DNA of 64,000 nt from Euprymna scolopes (lineage: Eukaryota): the NCBI GenBank assembly GCA_053919585.1, contig JBSSHM010000097.1; one strand, 5' to 3'. The position numbers and the translations under genes were made by a program. Positions 37,226 to 48,045 of this stretch are shown piece by piece; within the stretch, counting starts at the first letter, position 1; each line of letters opens with the position of its first letter. A model generated the notes under the pieces. That model was not told the DNA's origin and searched no databases. It saw only the letters and a list, made by a program, of their open reading frames with translations.

Positions 37226-37648
37226 ATGGAAGTTCATATCGTCAGCCAAGAGAAAGAGCTTTACGTAGGTAAAGCAAAAATGGTTTTTGCCCCTGCTGAA
37301 ATGGGTGAGGTAGGGATATTGCCGGGGCACTCTCCTTTTATTTCTCCATTAAAATTAGGTCAAGTTGTTGTTCAAGAAGAGGATGGGAATGAGCAAGTCA
37401 TCTATGTTTCGGGAGGCTTTATTGAGGTGCAACCTGGGATTGTGACTATTCTATCTGATACAGCTTTGCGCTCAAAAGATGCAGATGAACAACGTATCCT
37501 TGAAGCCAAAGAGCGTGCTGAGAATATGCTTGAAAAGGCAAAGAGTGATATTGATATTGCTAAAGCTGAAGCAGAATTGGCTAATGCATCCATAAAAATT
37601 GAATTACTTAGTCATCTTAAAGATAAGTTGCACAAGCAGGGCTTGTGA
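37226..37648 (+). CDS. atpC: F0F1 ATP synthase subunit epsilon
   Basis: GE.GILPGH.P, SGGF.EV. Confidence 0.96.
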   Translation: MEVHIVSQEKELYVGKAKMVFAPAEMGEVGILPGHSPFISPLKLGQVVVQEEDGNEQVIYVSGGFIEVQPGIVTILSDTALRSKDADEQRILEAKERAENMLEKAKSDIDIAKAEAELANASIKIELLSHLKDKLHKQGL

Positions 37649-37996
37649 ATAAAACATAGTTTGAATAAAGAACTTCTTTTATCGTCTATTTTCAAGGTAT
37701 ATATAAGAAGTAAATTTAACTACCCATGTTGAGCTTATTTTTTACAGCTTTCAGAAAAATCTCTAGTTATATTTTTTCCATTAATGTAGCATTCACATCT
37801 GCCAAATAGATGGAGTCATGTTTGATTAGATTGGCATAGAAAAATGTGTTGAGTTGAAATAAGCAGGAGATTGAATTATCAGAAAATGCGGAGTTTATCG
37901 TGAGCGAGCAAACATATGAATGCAAGCATAATAATTTTGCAATGTTTCTCATAAAAATTTTCCGCTTAAAATAACTGCAAATATCATAATAGCGTT

Positions 37997-39238
37997 ATGA
38001 CAGAGAAAAAATCATTTAACCCCTTTCAAATTCGAGAACAATTTCCTATTCTCAAACAGTTAGTGCATGGTAAACCTTTAGTTTACTTGGATAATGCAGC
38101 CACTTCACAAAAGCCAACATGTGTGATTGATGCAATGAATAGCTATTATCAATATGATAATGCAAATGTTCATCGAGGCATTCATGAACTTTCAGAGAGA
38201 GCAACAGGTAATTATGAAAACTCTCGTATCAAAATTGCTCAGTTTATCAATGCTTTTGATAGCACAGAAGTTGTGTTTACTCGTGGTGCTACAGAATCGA
38301 TTAATATTATTGCCCAGTGCTATTTAGCACCACATTTTAATAAGGGTGATGCCATTATTGTTAGTGAATTAGAGCATCATGCTAATATTGTTCCATGGCA
38401 AATGTTAAAGCAACGGCTGGGTTTAGAAATACGTTGGTTACCAGTCAATGATACAGGTGATATTGAGATAGAAAAATTACCTATGTTACTTGCTGATGGC
38501 AAAGTTAAGCTGGTTACGTTTAATTGGATATCAAATTCTTTAGGAACGTGTAATCCTGTAAAGGAAATAATTAATGAATGTAAAAAGCATAATGTATTAA
38601 CATTAGTCGATGCTTGTCAGGTTCCTGCCCATCAGAAAATTGATGTTCAGAACTTAGGCTGTGATTTTCTTGCTTTTTCAGGTCATAAAATGTTTGCACC
38701 AACAGGAATAGGGGTTTTATGGGGTAAAAAATCTTTACTTGAAGAATTCTCTGTATGGCAGGGCGGGGGTGATATGATTATTGAAGTGAGCTATGATGAT
38801 TTTTCACCAAATGATTTACCCAATCGTCTTGAAGCGGGTACTCCAGCTATTGCAGAAGCGATTGTATTAGGTCAAGCTGTGGATTGGATTAATGAGATTG
38901 ATTTGCTGGCTGCAGCAGAGTATGAGTCTACGCTTTTAGAGGCAGCAACTGAAGGGATTAGGCACATTCCAAATATACGTATTGTTGGTCAGTCTGTACA
39001 TAAATCAAGTGTGTTATCGTTTGTTTTTAAAGATAATTCATTACACCCTAGTGATATTGCTACGTTACTTAATTTGGATGGTATTGCCGTTCGCTCAGGA
39101 CACCACTGTACAATGCCTATTCTAAAAAAAATGGGACTGCCTGCTACTGCTCGTGCATCGTTTTCTCTTTTTAATACAATGCAAGAAGTGGATACATTTA
39201 TACAGTCGGTGAGTAAAATTCAAAGAAAGTATTCTTAA
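37997..39238 (+). CDS. sufS: cysteine desulfurase, SufS family
   Basis: YLDNAATSQKP, SGHKM, EAGTP, RSGHHC. Confidence 0.92.
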   Translation: MTEKKSFNPFQIREQFPILKQLVHGKPLVYLDNAATSQKPTCVIDAMNSYYQYDNANVHRGIHELSERATGNYENSRIKIAQFINAFDSTEVVFTRGATESINIIAQCYLAPHFNKGDAIIVSELEHHANIVPWQMLKQRLGLEIRWLPVNDTGDIEIEKLPMLLADGKVKLVTFNWISNSLGTCNPVKEIINECKKHNVLTLVDACQVPAHQKIDVQNLGCDFLAFSGHKMFAPTGIGVLWGKKSLLEEFSVWQGGGDMIIEVSYDDFSPNDLPNRLEAGTPAIAEAIVLGQAVDWINEIDLLAAAEYESTLLEAATEGIRHIPNIRIVGQSVHKSSVLSFVFKDNSLHPSDIATLLNLDGIAVRSGHHCTMPILKKMGLPATARASFSLFNTMQEVDTFIQSVSKIQRKYS

Positions 39239-39353
39239 GCGATATTATAGCTAAAAGCGTTAAAATTATAGAGGTATCTTTATCATGTATTTATCTCAGC
39301 TATTAAATAATTGCTTTTATTGTGAATTCTTAAATTAAGAATAGGATTTATTC

Positions 39354-40427
39354 ATGATGTTTGACTTAAAGTCTTTGAAAGACTCAATTAGCCAAAAAGC
39401 GATTGCGGCAAAAATTTCTGCTCCCTCTCCAATGGATGAGCATGAGGAAAAATTGCTAATTAATAAAATAAAACGGCAATTAGAAGAGAACAATGCCGTT
39501 TTAGTTTCGCACTATTATGTAGATGAGAAGCTTCAATATCTCGCTGAAGAAACAGGTGGATTAGTAGCAGACTCTTTAGAAATGGCTAATTTTGGTCGTC
39601 GCCATCAGGCAACTACGCTAGTGGTGTGTGGTGTACGGTTTATGGGTGAGACAGCAAAGATTCTTTCACCGAATAAACGTATTTTAATGCCAACACTTGA
39701 AGCAGAATGTTCATTAGATTTAGCATGTCCTGCTGAGATTTTTCAAGAATTTATTTCCCAACATCCTGATAGAATATCTGTAGTCTATGCCAATACCAGT
39801 GCAGAAGTGAAAGGATTGGCTGATTGGACAGTTACCTCCAGCAATGCCGTGCCAATTATTAAGCACTTGCATAATCAGGGTGAGAAGATTCTATGGGCAC
39901 CGGATCGTCATTTAGGTAATTGGGTACAAGCGATGACAGGTGCAGATATGATTAATTGGGAGGGACATTGTGTCGTGCATGATGAGTTTCGCACTTCCGC
40001 TTTACAAGAATTATTAGAGGAGCATCCGGATGCGGTGGTCATCGCACATCCTGAATCTCCTGAGGAATTATTGGCTAAAGCAAAAGTAATTGGTTCAACA
40101 AAAGTATTGGTGAACGTAATTAATACAATGAATGCCAATAAGTTTATTGTTGCAACGGATGAAGGAATTTTTTATAAAATGCAACAAATGCAACCAAATA
40201 AACAATTTATTGTTGCCCCAACAGGAGGTAAAAGTGCGACCTGTACGGCTTGTGGGCATTGTCCGTGGATGGCATTAAATAGTCTAAAAAACCTCTCATC
40301 TGTACTGGAGAGTGGACACTCAGAGATACAATTAGATAATCCAATGATTGAAAAGGCACGAGTATCAATAAATCGAATGATGGATTTTTCTGCCAAACAA
40401 GGTTTACTTGTACAAGGTGATGCGTAA
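39354..40427 (+). CDS. nadA: quinolinate synthase NadA
   Basis: HYY, DSLEMA, GVRFMGETAKIL, CSLD, YANT, C.VH, AHPE, CPWM. Confidence 0.96.
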   Translation: MMFDLKSLKDSISQKAIAAKISAPSPMDEHEEKLLINKIKRQLEENNAVLVSHYYVDEKLQYLAEETGGLVADSLEMANFGRRHQATTLVVCGVRFMGETAKILSPNKRILMPTLEAECSLDLACPAEIFQEFISQHPDRISVVYANTSAEVKGLADWTVTSSNAVPIIKHLHNQGEKILWAPDRHLGNWVQAMTGADMINWEGHCVVHDEFRTSALQELLEEHPDAVVIAHPESPEELLAKAKVIGSTKVLVNVINTMNANKFIVATDEGIFYKMQQMQPNKQFIVAPTGGKSATCTACGHCPWMALNSLKNLSSVLESGHSEIQLDNPMIEKARVSINRMMDFSAKQGLLVQGDA

Positions 40428-40491
40428 ATTGAAATCATTTTTAGAACACTTATAACCATAAAACATATAAAAAAATATAAAGGTAATTTCA

Positions 40492-41238
40492 ATGGCTGGA
40501 CATAGTAAATGGGCAAATATTAAGCATCGTAAAGCAGGACAGGATGCTAAAAGAGGGAAGATTTTTACTAAGCTAATTCGGGAGCTTACCGTTGCTGCTA
40601 AAGAGGGTGGTGATATTGATAGTAATCCACGCTTGCGTCTTGCACTGGATAAGGCATTGTCTAATAACATGAAGCGAGACACTATTGATAAGGCTATTGC
40701 ACGTGGTAGTGGTAATATTGAAGGGCAAAACTATGAGTCCATTCGTTATGAAGGTTATGGTCCAAATGGTATTGCAATTATGATTGATTGTTTAACGGAT
40801 AACCGGCAACGTACAGTAGCTGAGGTGCGTCATATTTTAAGTAAAAATGGTGGTAACCTTGGTACGGATGGGTCAGTTGCCTATTTGTTTGAGAAAAAAG
40901 GAGTATTTCATTTTTCTCATGAATACGATGAGGAGATGCTCTTAGAGATTGGACTTTCTTATGGTGCAGAAGAAGTGGAATCCTTACCAGATAAAACATT
41001 TGAAGTTACCTGTGCAGCTGATGATTTTAATCAACTTAAAGAGGCATTTGTTACACAATCTGCTACACCCATGCATAGCGAAGTGAGTTTTATTGCTAAC
41101 TTAAATGTTGATCTATCTCTTGAAGATACCAAGAAAACATTAAATGTCATAGAAGCCTTAGAAGATTTAGATGATGTGCAACATGTATCAACGAATTTAA
41201 ATATTAGTGATGAATTAATTTCACAGTTAGATAATTAA
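40492..41238 (+). CDS. yebC: YebC/PmpR family protein
   Basis: MAGHSKWANIKHRK, YEGYGP.G, TDN..RT. Confidence 0.96.
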   Translation: MAGHSKWANIKHRKAGQDAKRGKIFTKLIRELTVAAKEGGDIDSNPRLRLALDKALSNNMKRDTIDKAIARGSGNIEGQNYESIRYEGYGPNGIAIMIDCLTDNRQRTVAEVRHILSKNGGNLGTDGSVAYLFEKKGVFHFSHEYDEEMLLEIGLSYGAEEVESLPDKTFEVTCAADDFNQLKEAFVTQSATPMHSEVSFIANLNVDLSLEDTKKTLNVIEALEDLDDVQHVSTNLNISDELISQLDN

Positions 41239-41255
41239 ACCAGTCAGGGACTATT

Positions 41256-41804
41256 ATGAATAAAAAAACAGGTTGGATGCTCTTGGCAATAACCTTCTTA
41301 CCTTTTCTATTTGGTACTATGTATTTTCAATATGTCAGTCAAACAGGTGGACAAAGTACGGTAAATTATGGAGAAATCATCTCACCAATGAGAGAGATAG
41401 AAGCTTTGCCCAGCAAGGGGTTTTGGACACTTGTGGTTGTTGCCGAGCAATGTAATCAATCGTGTAAAGATCGTTTATTATCAGCAGAGACTACTCGTAT
41501 ATTAACTAATGAGAATATGAGGCGTGTACATACTTTGCTTATTAGTACAGAAGCTCTACAAGAAGAACACAAACCCAAAAATTTTGCATCAAAAATCATG
41601 GTGCCTTACCTTCCTTCAGCAACCAAAGAACAATGGAAAAAGATCACCTCACCTTTTGAACTATCCAAAGATCTTCTTTTAGAGAGCATCTTACTTGTTG
41701 ATCCATTAGGGAATTTTATGATGCGCTATCCAAAAGGAAAGCAAGACCCTAAATTAATGCTTAAAGATATGGAGCGTTTATTAAAATATTCTCGTATAGG
41801 GTAG
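41256..41804 (+). CDS. membrane-anchored SCO/thioredoxin-like protein of cytochrome oxidase clusters
   Basis: N-terminal TM, NYG, CxxxC (CNQSC), LVDPLGN.MMRY; upstream of cyoE. Confidence 0.7.
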   Translation: MNKKTGWMLLAITFLPFLFGTMYFQYVSQTGGQSTVNYGEIISPMREIEALPSKGFWTLVVVAEQCNQSCKDRLLSAETTRILTNENMRRVHTLLISTEALQEEHKPKNFASKIMVPYLPSATKEQWKKITSPFELSKDLLLESILLVDPLGNFMMRYPKGKQDPKLMLKDMERLLKYSRIG

Positions 41805-41813
41805 TAAGAAATT

Positions 41814-42734
41814 ATGACCATGCAAACATCGATTGCTCAATCTTATTTCAGATTATGTAAGCCTAATGTTGTTGCTTTATTAGTGCTTACGGCTATTGTA
41901 GGCATGTTGCTTGCAGCCCCTGGCATAGAACACTTGCCATGGTCTAACTTTCTATTTGGAATCATTGGTATAACATTGGTTTCTGCTTCAGCGGCTGCAA
42001 TTAACCACATCATTGACCATCGTATTGATGAAAAAATGAATCGTACGTTCAGCCGTCCTATTCCGCAGGGTAAAGTTAGTATGAGGGCGGCAATTATTTT
42101 TGCCACAATAATTGGTGGGATTGGTGAGGGGGCACTTTTTTTCTTGGTGAATCCTCTTTGTGCCATACTCACAGGTTTTGCCTTAGTTGGCTATGCTTTT
42201 ATTTATACCGTTTATCTCAAGCATGCTACCCCACAAAATATTGTTATAGGTGGTGCTAGTGGTGCTGCTCCACCGCTTCTTGGATGGGTAGCGATTACTG
42301 GCAATGTCAGTGTTGAATCCTTGCTTTTATTCCTCATTATTTTTGTGTGGACACCGCCACATTTTTGGGCACTTGCCATTCATCGTAAAGATGAGTACGA
42401 TAAGGCTAGTGTACCGATGCTCCCGATTACTCATGGTATTGAGTATACACGTCAGCAGATTCTATTGTATAAGATTTTGTTAATTGTGATTTCCATTTTG
42501 CCATTTATCATTGGTATGTCTGGTTGGCTTTATTTGGTTGGGGCACTAGGTTTGGGATTGTGGTACTTAAGTTACGCCGTCCTTATGATCAAATATCCGG
42601 AGAAGAAATCCTATGAGATGAAAAGTTTTTGGGTATCCATTTGGTATTTGCTTCTTTTATTTTGTGTGTTGCTTATTGACCATTATATGGCTATTTATTT
42701 AAGTGAGTTTTTTGGGCAAAAGTTTCCAGTATAA
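41814..42734 (+). CDS. cyoE: protoheme IX farnesyltransferase
   Basis: KP, N...D..ID..M.RT..RP, QNIVIGG, WTPPHFWAL. Confidence 0.96.
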   Translation: MTMQTSIAQSYFRLCKPNVVALLVLTAIVGMLLAAPGIEHLPWSNFLFGIIGITLVSASAAAINHIIDHRIDEKMNRTFSRPIPQGKVSMRAAIIFATIIGGIGEGALFFLVNPLCAILTGFALVGYAFIYTVYLKHATPQNIVIGGASGAAPPLLGWVAITGNVSVESLLLFLIIFVWTPPHFWALAIHRKDEYDKASVPMLPITHGIEYTRQQILLYKILLIVISILPFIIGMSGWLYLVGALGLGLWYLSYAVLMIKYPEKKSYEMKSFWVSIWYLLLLFCVLLIDHYMAIYLSEFFGQKFPV

Positions 42735-42743
42735 TGAGTAGCT

Positions 42744-43124
42744 GTGTTAATTAAACAACTCATGTTAATTGCTGTAGGTGGTGCCGTAGGTGCCATGATG
42801 CGTTTTCTTGCCCTTTCCTCTGTCACAACATTACTTGGTAATAGCTTTCCTTATGGTATCTTAATTATCAATGTAATGGGATCATTTTTTGCAGGCGTAA
42901 TATCCATGCTAATTTTAGAAAAATGGGGCACAAATATCTATGCACACAGTATACTGATTATTGGCTTTCTTGGAGCATTTACCACATTCTCTACATTTTC
43001 ATTAGATACGCTTATGTTGATGCAAAATGCCGAGTGGCTAAAAGCGATGGTAAATATTTTTCTTAACCTTGGATTGTGCTTATTAGCAACATTTATTGGG
43101 ATGTATCTTGTGCGTGTAGCATAA
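42744..43124 (+). CDS. crcB: fluoride efflux channel CrcB/FluC
   Basis: GGA.GA..R, FPYG.L.IN..GS, GFLGAFTTFSTF. Confidence 0.95.
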   Translation: MLIKQLMLIAVGGAVGAMMRFLALSSVTTLLGNSFPYGILIINVMGSFFAGVISMLILEKWGTNIYAHSILIIGFLGAFTTFSTFSLDTLMLMQNAEWLKAMVNIFLNLGLCLLATFIGMYLVRVA

Positions 43125-43144
43125 TGATCTATTTATGCTAGGTG

Positions 43145-44982
43145 CTATGATTTAGCTTGACGTCCCTGTCTCTTACGATCCACTTCAGAAAGTAACTTTT
43201 TACGAATACGTAAGTGATTTGGGGTAACTTCTACCAATTCATCATTTTTAATTAATTCAATCGCCTGATCTAAATCAAATTTTAGTGGTGGAGTGAGGAT
43301 AAGATTTTCATCTGAGCCAGCAGCACGAATATTAGTGAGTTGTTTACCTTTGGTGACATTAACCACTAAATCATTATCTCGAGAATGAATTCCTAGGACC
43401 ATCCCCTCATAAACTGGCTCACCGGGACCAATAAAAAATTTGCCGCTTTTTTGTAAGTTAAAAATGGAATAGGCAGTGGCTTTGCCAACACCATTTGAGA
43501 TTAATGAGCCATTGTTTCTTTGAGCAATTTCCTCATTTTTCTTGCCTTTAAAAGGAGCATATTTATCAAATATGCTGTACCATAATCCTGTTCCTGTGGT
43601 AAGAGTTAGAAATTCTGTTCTAAACCCCAATAATCCCCGTGAGGGGATAATATAATCCAAACGAATACGACCAGTATTATCTGGTTGCATATTTTTACAT
43701 TCTCCTTTGCGTAAGCCAATGCTCTCCATAACTGCTCCTTGATGTTGTTCTTCAATATCCAAAGTCAGTTGTTCAAATGGCTCACATAGGACTCCATCAA
43801 TTTCTTTGGTAATCACTTGAGGTCTGCCAACACACAGTTCAAACCCTTCACGACGCATGTTTTCAATTAACACAGACAAGTGTAATTCACCACGACCAGA
43901 GACTTTAAACACGCTGGCATCATCGGTATTTTCAACCCGTAAGGCAACATTATAGATGAGTTCTTTTTGCAAGCGATCACCGATTAGTCGTGAAGTAACA
44001 AACTGACCATCTTGTCCGGCAGTGGGGGAATTGTTGACACGAAAAGTCATGCTTACTGTTGGTTCATCCACTTTCAGAGGAGGCAAAGATTGAGGGGACT
44101 TTATGTCACAAAGGGTGTCTGAAATATAAATGGGATCAATACCTACCACACCCACAATATCTCCAGCTGAAGCATTTTCTACTTCATTTTTTTCTAAGCC
44201 ATGAAAGCCAAGAATTTGTCCCACTTTCACGTTGCGTTTTTTCCATTTGGTTCTATCAATGTCACCATCATATTTTTAGATAGTGAGCCTTGCTTAATTC
44301 TACCAATGCCAATAGCTCCAAGAAAAGTAGAGTAATCTAAAGCAGTAATTTGCATTTGTAAAGGCTTATTTGTATTCACTTCTGGCGGAGGAACTTTATG
44401 AATAATAGTCTGGAAAAGCTGGCTCATATCCTTATCATTGGGATTAGGTGGATAATCTAGGCTGGCAATTCCCTCAATAGCTGAGGTGTAGATAACTGAG
44501 AAATCTAATTGCTCTTCATTAGCCCCTAAGCGATCAAATAAATCAAACACTTGATCAATAACCCAATCTGGGCGAGCGGATGGGCGATCAATTTTATTGA
44601 CCACCACAATAGGTTTTAAGCCCTGCTCAAAGGCTTTTTGTGTTACAAAACGTGTCTGTGGCATTGGTCCATCTACTGCATCAACCAATAGAAGGACGCT
44701 GTCAACCATTGATAATACGCGCTCCACTTCGCCACCAAAATCTGCATGTCCGGGAGTATCAACAATATTAATGCGATAATCTTGCCAGTTAATAGCAGTA
44801 TTTTTAGCACTAATCGTAATGCCTCGTTCTTTTTCTAAATCATTAGAGTCCATCATTCTTTCTTCTGGTCTAAAACGCTCATCAAAGGTGTTTGATTGCA
44901 TGAGTAGTTTATCAACCAAAGTTGTTTTACCATGATCAACATGGGCGATGATGGCAATATTGCGTAATTTTTCTGTATTCAT
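43145..44982 (-). CDS. typA: translational GTPase TypA/BipA, split by a frameshift in the T6 run at 44237-44242
   Basis: [17 protein letters not shown] in the N-part; [22 protein letters not shown] in the C-part; one extra base gives [11 protein letters not shown]. Confidence 0.95.
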
Positions 44983-45108
44983 TTACAACGTATAACAATT
45001 AATATAAGAGCATGCAAAAAAACCTAGAGTACAACTTGAGATTTTTTACTAGTTTAAAGGTGAAATGTTTTTTGACAAGTACCTTATAATTTTAATCGAC
45101 TTTTCTGC

Positions 45109-45138
45109 ATAACGGTTTATACGATAACGGTTTATACG
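45109..45138. repeat. 15-bp perfect tandem duplication (ATAACGGTTTATACG x2) between typA and rplS
   Basis: Read directly: 45109-45123 equals 45124-45138. Confidence 0.85.
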
Positions 45139-45267
45139 CATCGTATAGTATATAATTAATAGATTATTCCAGTTTTTGAAGTAACTTTTTGTTTACTTTT
45201 ACCTAGTGATTTATTTTTATTATCCCAGTATTTATATTATTTATATTTTTAGGAAAATTAGTACGTT

Positions 45268-45630
45268 ATGAGTCAGATTATTGAAGCCTTAGATAAAGAA
45301 AATTTGCAACAAAGGACTGAGTTTTCGCCTGGAGATACGATATCTGTATCTGTTAGAGTTAGGGAGGGTGAGCGTGAGCGTTTACAAACCTTTCAAGGCG
45401 TGGTGATTGCGAAGAAAAATCGTGGCATCAATTCATCTTTTACTGTAAGAAAAATTTCTTATGGTGTTGGTGTTGAGCGTGTTTTTCAAACGCATAGTCC
45501 ATTGATTGATAGTATTAAAGTTGAGCGTCGTGGTGTTGTGCGTCGTGCAAAAATTTACTATCTGAGAGATCGTGTGGGTAAATCAGCAAGAATTCGTGAG
45601 AAATTAGATAAGGGTAAAAGCAAAAAGTAA
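45268..45630 (+). CDS. rplS: 50S ribosomal protein L19
   Basis: F.PGDT, EG.RERLQ.F.G, TVRKIS.GVGVER.F, VRRAK.YYLR. Confidence 0.98.
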   Translation: MSQIIEALDKENLQQRTEFSPGDTISVSVRVREGERERLQTFQGVVIAKKNRGINSSFTVRKISYGVGVERVFQTHSPLIDSIKVERRGVVRRAKIYYLRDRVGKSARIREKLDKGKSKK

Positions 45631-45688
45631 ATTTTTTACTACGGCATTTATCTGAGATATTAAAGATAGATTAACAGAATTTTTTATT

Positions 45689-46486
45689 GTGAATAATGCC
45701 TTACAACGAAGTAACTGCTTTCAATTATTTGGTGCACTAGGTGCACTAACAATAGTCTTTTTCTCATGCTTGTTTGTTGTTGACACTCAAGCAAAAAATA
45801 TCAGTAAAGCCGAAATCAAACAAAAGTTAGCTAATGTTTTAGGTGGTGCTCGATACGGTGTTAATGCAGAAGAAATTAATATTTTAGATAGTGAAGTGCC
45901 GAACTTTTATCTTGTGCAACATAAAGGGGAGTATGGTCTCATTAGTAAAAATGGCAAGCATTTTCTAGCAGGTGATGCATGGAATATTGATGAAGGAAAG
46001 AACATTACTCAGAGTCTTCGTCAAGAGTTCAATTTAGCACAAATCAAGGAACTTGATTCAAATCTTTTTATTACATTTAAAGCCAAAAATCCTAAATCAT
46101 CAATTTGGGTATTTACGGATATAGATTGTTTTTACTGTCGAAAATTACACAGTGAAATGCCAGAGTTAAATAAGCTAGGAATTACTGTTAACTATCTATC
46201 TTTTCCTCGCAGTGGTAATGAAAATTCTCAAGATTGGAAAAAAGCAGTTGATGTATGGTGTTCCAAAGATCAGCAACGTGCAATGACAACTTCCAAACTA
46301 GGAAAAGACATCAGTAAAATGCCCAAAAGAGCCAATTGCAATCCAGAAATTGCTAAGCAATTTAACTTAGGAAGGAGGCTAGGTGTTAGAGCCACCCCTA
46401 CTATTGTATTTGCCAATGGAAAAATAACATCAGGATATATTCCCGCTAAAGAATTACTCTCACATGCAATTGCCAATAATTCATAG
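45689..46486 (+). CDS. dsbC: thiol:disulfide isomerase DsbC family
   Basis: Signal peptide; VFTD.DCFYCRKLH, FPR.G, GV.ATP, GY.P. Confidence 0.88.
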   Translation: MNNALQRSNCFQLFGALGALTIVFFSCLFVVDTQAKNISKAEIKQKLANVLGGARYGVNAEEINILDSEVPNFYLVQHKGEYGLISKNGKHFLAGDAWNIDEGKNITQSLRQEFNLAQIKELDSNLFITFKAKNPKSSIWVFTDIDCFYCRKLHSEMPELNKLGITVNYLSFPRSGNENSQDWKKAVDVWCSKDQQRAMTTSKLGKDISKMPKRANCNPEIAKQFNLGRRLGVRATPTIVFANGKITSGYIPAKELLSHAIANNS

Positions 46487-46525
46487 CATAGAAAATAGAT
46501 ACGAGATAGTTTACTTGAAAAAAAG

Positions 46526-46546
46526 AAGCCCGTAAGGGCTTTTTTT
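46526..46546 (+). terminator. intrinsic terminator after rplS-dsbC
   Basis: AAGCCC-GTAA-GGGCTT hairpin followed by a T run, preceded by an A run. Confidence 0.8.
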
Positions 46547-46578
46547 ATATACACTATATTATTTAACCATTATTCACA

Positions 46579-48045
46579 ATGAAAGAACTGCAACCTACAC
46601 GTACCGCTATCTTTTTGCAAAAAGTATCCGATTGTATAGGCAAAAATTCAGTAAGCGTATCAAGAGAGGTACCAATTATTGATGTAGTAGAGTTAATGAA
46701 CAAGGAAAATGTTAGCTCTGTTTTAGTGCAGGAGGAAGGTGCTATTTTAGGCATTATAACAGAGAGTGATATTGCTCGTCGAGTGGCTTTTCAAGTGGAT
46801 AAAACTGTGCCAGTGAGTGAATTAATGACAACACAAGTGGCTACGGTTAAGAGTACTGATTATCTGTATAAAGCGGTTGGCTTGATGCTAAATCATAACT
46901 TACGCCATCTGCCTGTACTGGATGCGACAAATAACGTATGTGGTGTTGTGCGTATGCGAGATGCTTTTTTCCTGGCCAATCATCGTGCACTTGATGAAGT
47001 GCGTACGCTTACTCAAGATGATTCCTTAGAGGGATTAACACAAATTAAGCAGGCACAATTTGAACTCGTCTCAAACCTAAAACTTGAGGGATTATCTTCT
47101 CATCAAATTCAAGCGGTGATTGGACAGTTAAATAATGATATTCATCGTTACGCCCTACAGAATGCTTTCCAACAAATGAAAGAAGAAGGGTGGGGGGAAG
47201 TCCCTACTAATTATGCTTTGTTGGTACTAGGCTCAGTTGCTAGAGGTGAGAGTTTCTTTTCACCGGATCAAGATAATGCCATGATTTTTGAAATGTCGCC
47301 GGATTTAGACCAACGAAAAGTGGATGCATGGTATATTGCTTTATCTGAAAAACTTACGTATATTTTAGATAAGGCTGGTTTTGATCTTTGCACGGGTAAT
47401 ATTATGGTAACCAACCCTCAATGGCGAAAACCTTTTAATGAATGGATCGTGCAAATGGAATCTTGGTTTTCACGTAAGACGAAATATGCCGAACGTTATG
47501 TCGATATTTTTTTTGATTTCAGTTGTATTGCTGGAGATCATGAACTGGCAGAGAAACTGAGAAAAAAAATGCTTGCTATGTGTCGCCAATATCCAAGCTT
47601 TTTAAGGGAGTTACTTGCCTATGATCAATCTGGTACAGAATTGACTTTTTGGGGTGGGTTAAAAGGTGAAAGTTTTAGTGGTCCACGCAAAGGTCAGCTA
47701 AGTCTAAAATATGCGGTGATGGCTCCCATGACACGATTGTTACGTTTGCTTTGTTTGAAACATGGCGTGCAGTCTATTTCCAATTTGCAACGTCTAGATG
47801 AGTTAACTAGTTTAGGTGTGCTGGATAGTTCTCTTGCTTATAGCTTACGGATGGCATTTATTCATACCTGTGATTTGTTGTTTGATCGTCAGATTAAAGC
47901 ATATCAGTCTGGGGAAAAAATCACTAATTATGTTATATTGAAAAGCTTAAACATGAAAGAAGAAGCACTGTTGGTACAGGCAGTTAAGGCAATTAAAGAA
48001 CTTCGTTTACGCACTCAAGAGATGATAACAGGGAGGCTAATGTGA
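46579..48045 (+). CDS. CBS-pair + DUF294 nucleotidyltransferase-like protein
   Basis: Two CBS domains (GIITE.D, RHLPV); NTase motif LGS.ARGE....DQDN; C.GNIM.TNP.W; IFFD. Confidence 0.87.
   Translation: MKELQPTRTAIFLQKVSDCIGKNSVSVSREVPIIDVVELMNKENVSSVLVQEEGAILGIITESDIARRVAFQVDKTVPVSELMTTQVATVKSTDYLYKAVGLMLNHNLRHLPVLDATNNVCGVVRMRDAFFLANHRALDEVRTLTQDDSLEGLTQIKQAQFELVSNLKLEGLSSHQIQAVIGQLNNDIHRYALQNAFQQMKEEGWGEVPTNYALLVLGSVARGESFFSPDQDNAMIFEMSPDLDQRKVDAWYIALSEKLTYILDKAGFDLCTGNIMVTNPQWRKPFNEWIVQMESWFSRKTKYAERYVDIFFDFSCIAGDHELAEKLRKKMLAMCRQYPSFLRELLAYDQSGTELTFWGGLKGESFSGPRKGQLSLKYAVMAPMTRLLRLLCLKHGVQSISNLQRLDELTSLGVLDSSLAYSLRMAFIHTCDLLFDRQIKAYQSGEKITNYVILKSLNMKEEALLVQAVKAIKELRLRTQEMITGRLM

Noticed and set aside
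45072-45090. TTGACA and TATAAT hexamers upstream of rplS
   Set aside because: Only 7 nt apart, incompatible with one sigma70 promoter
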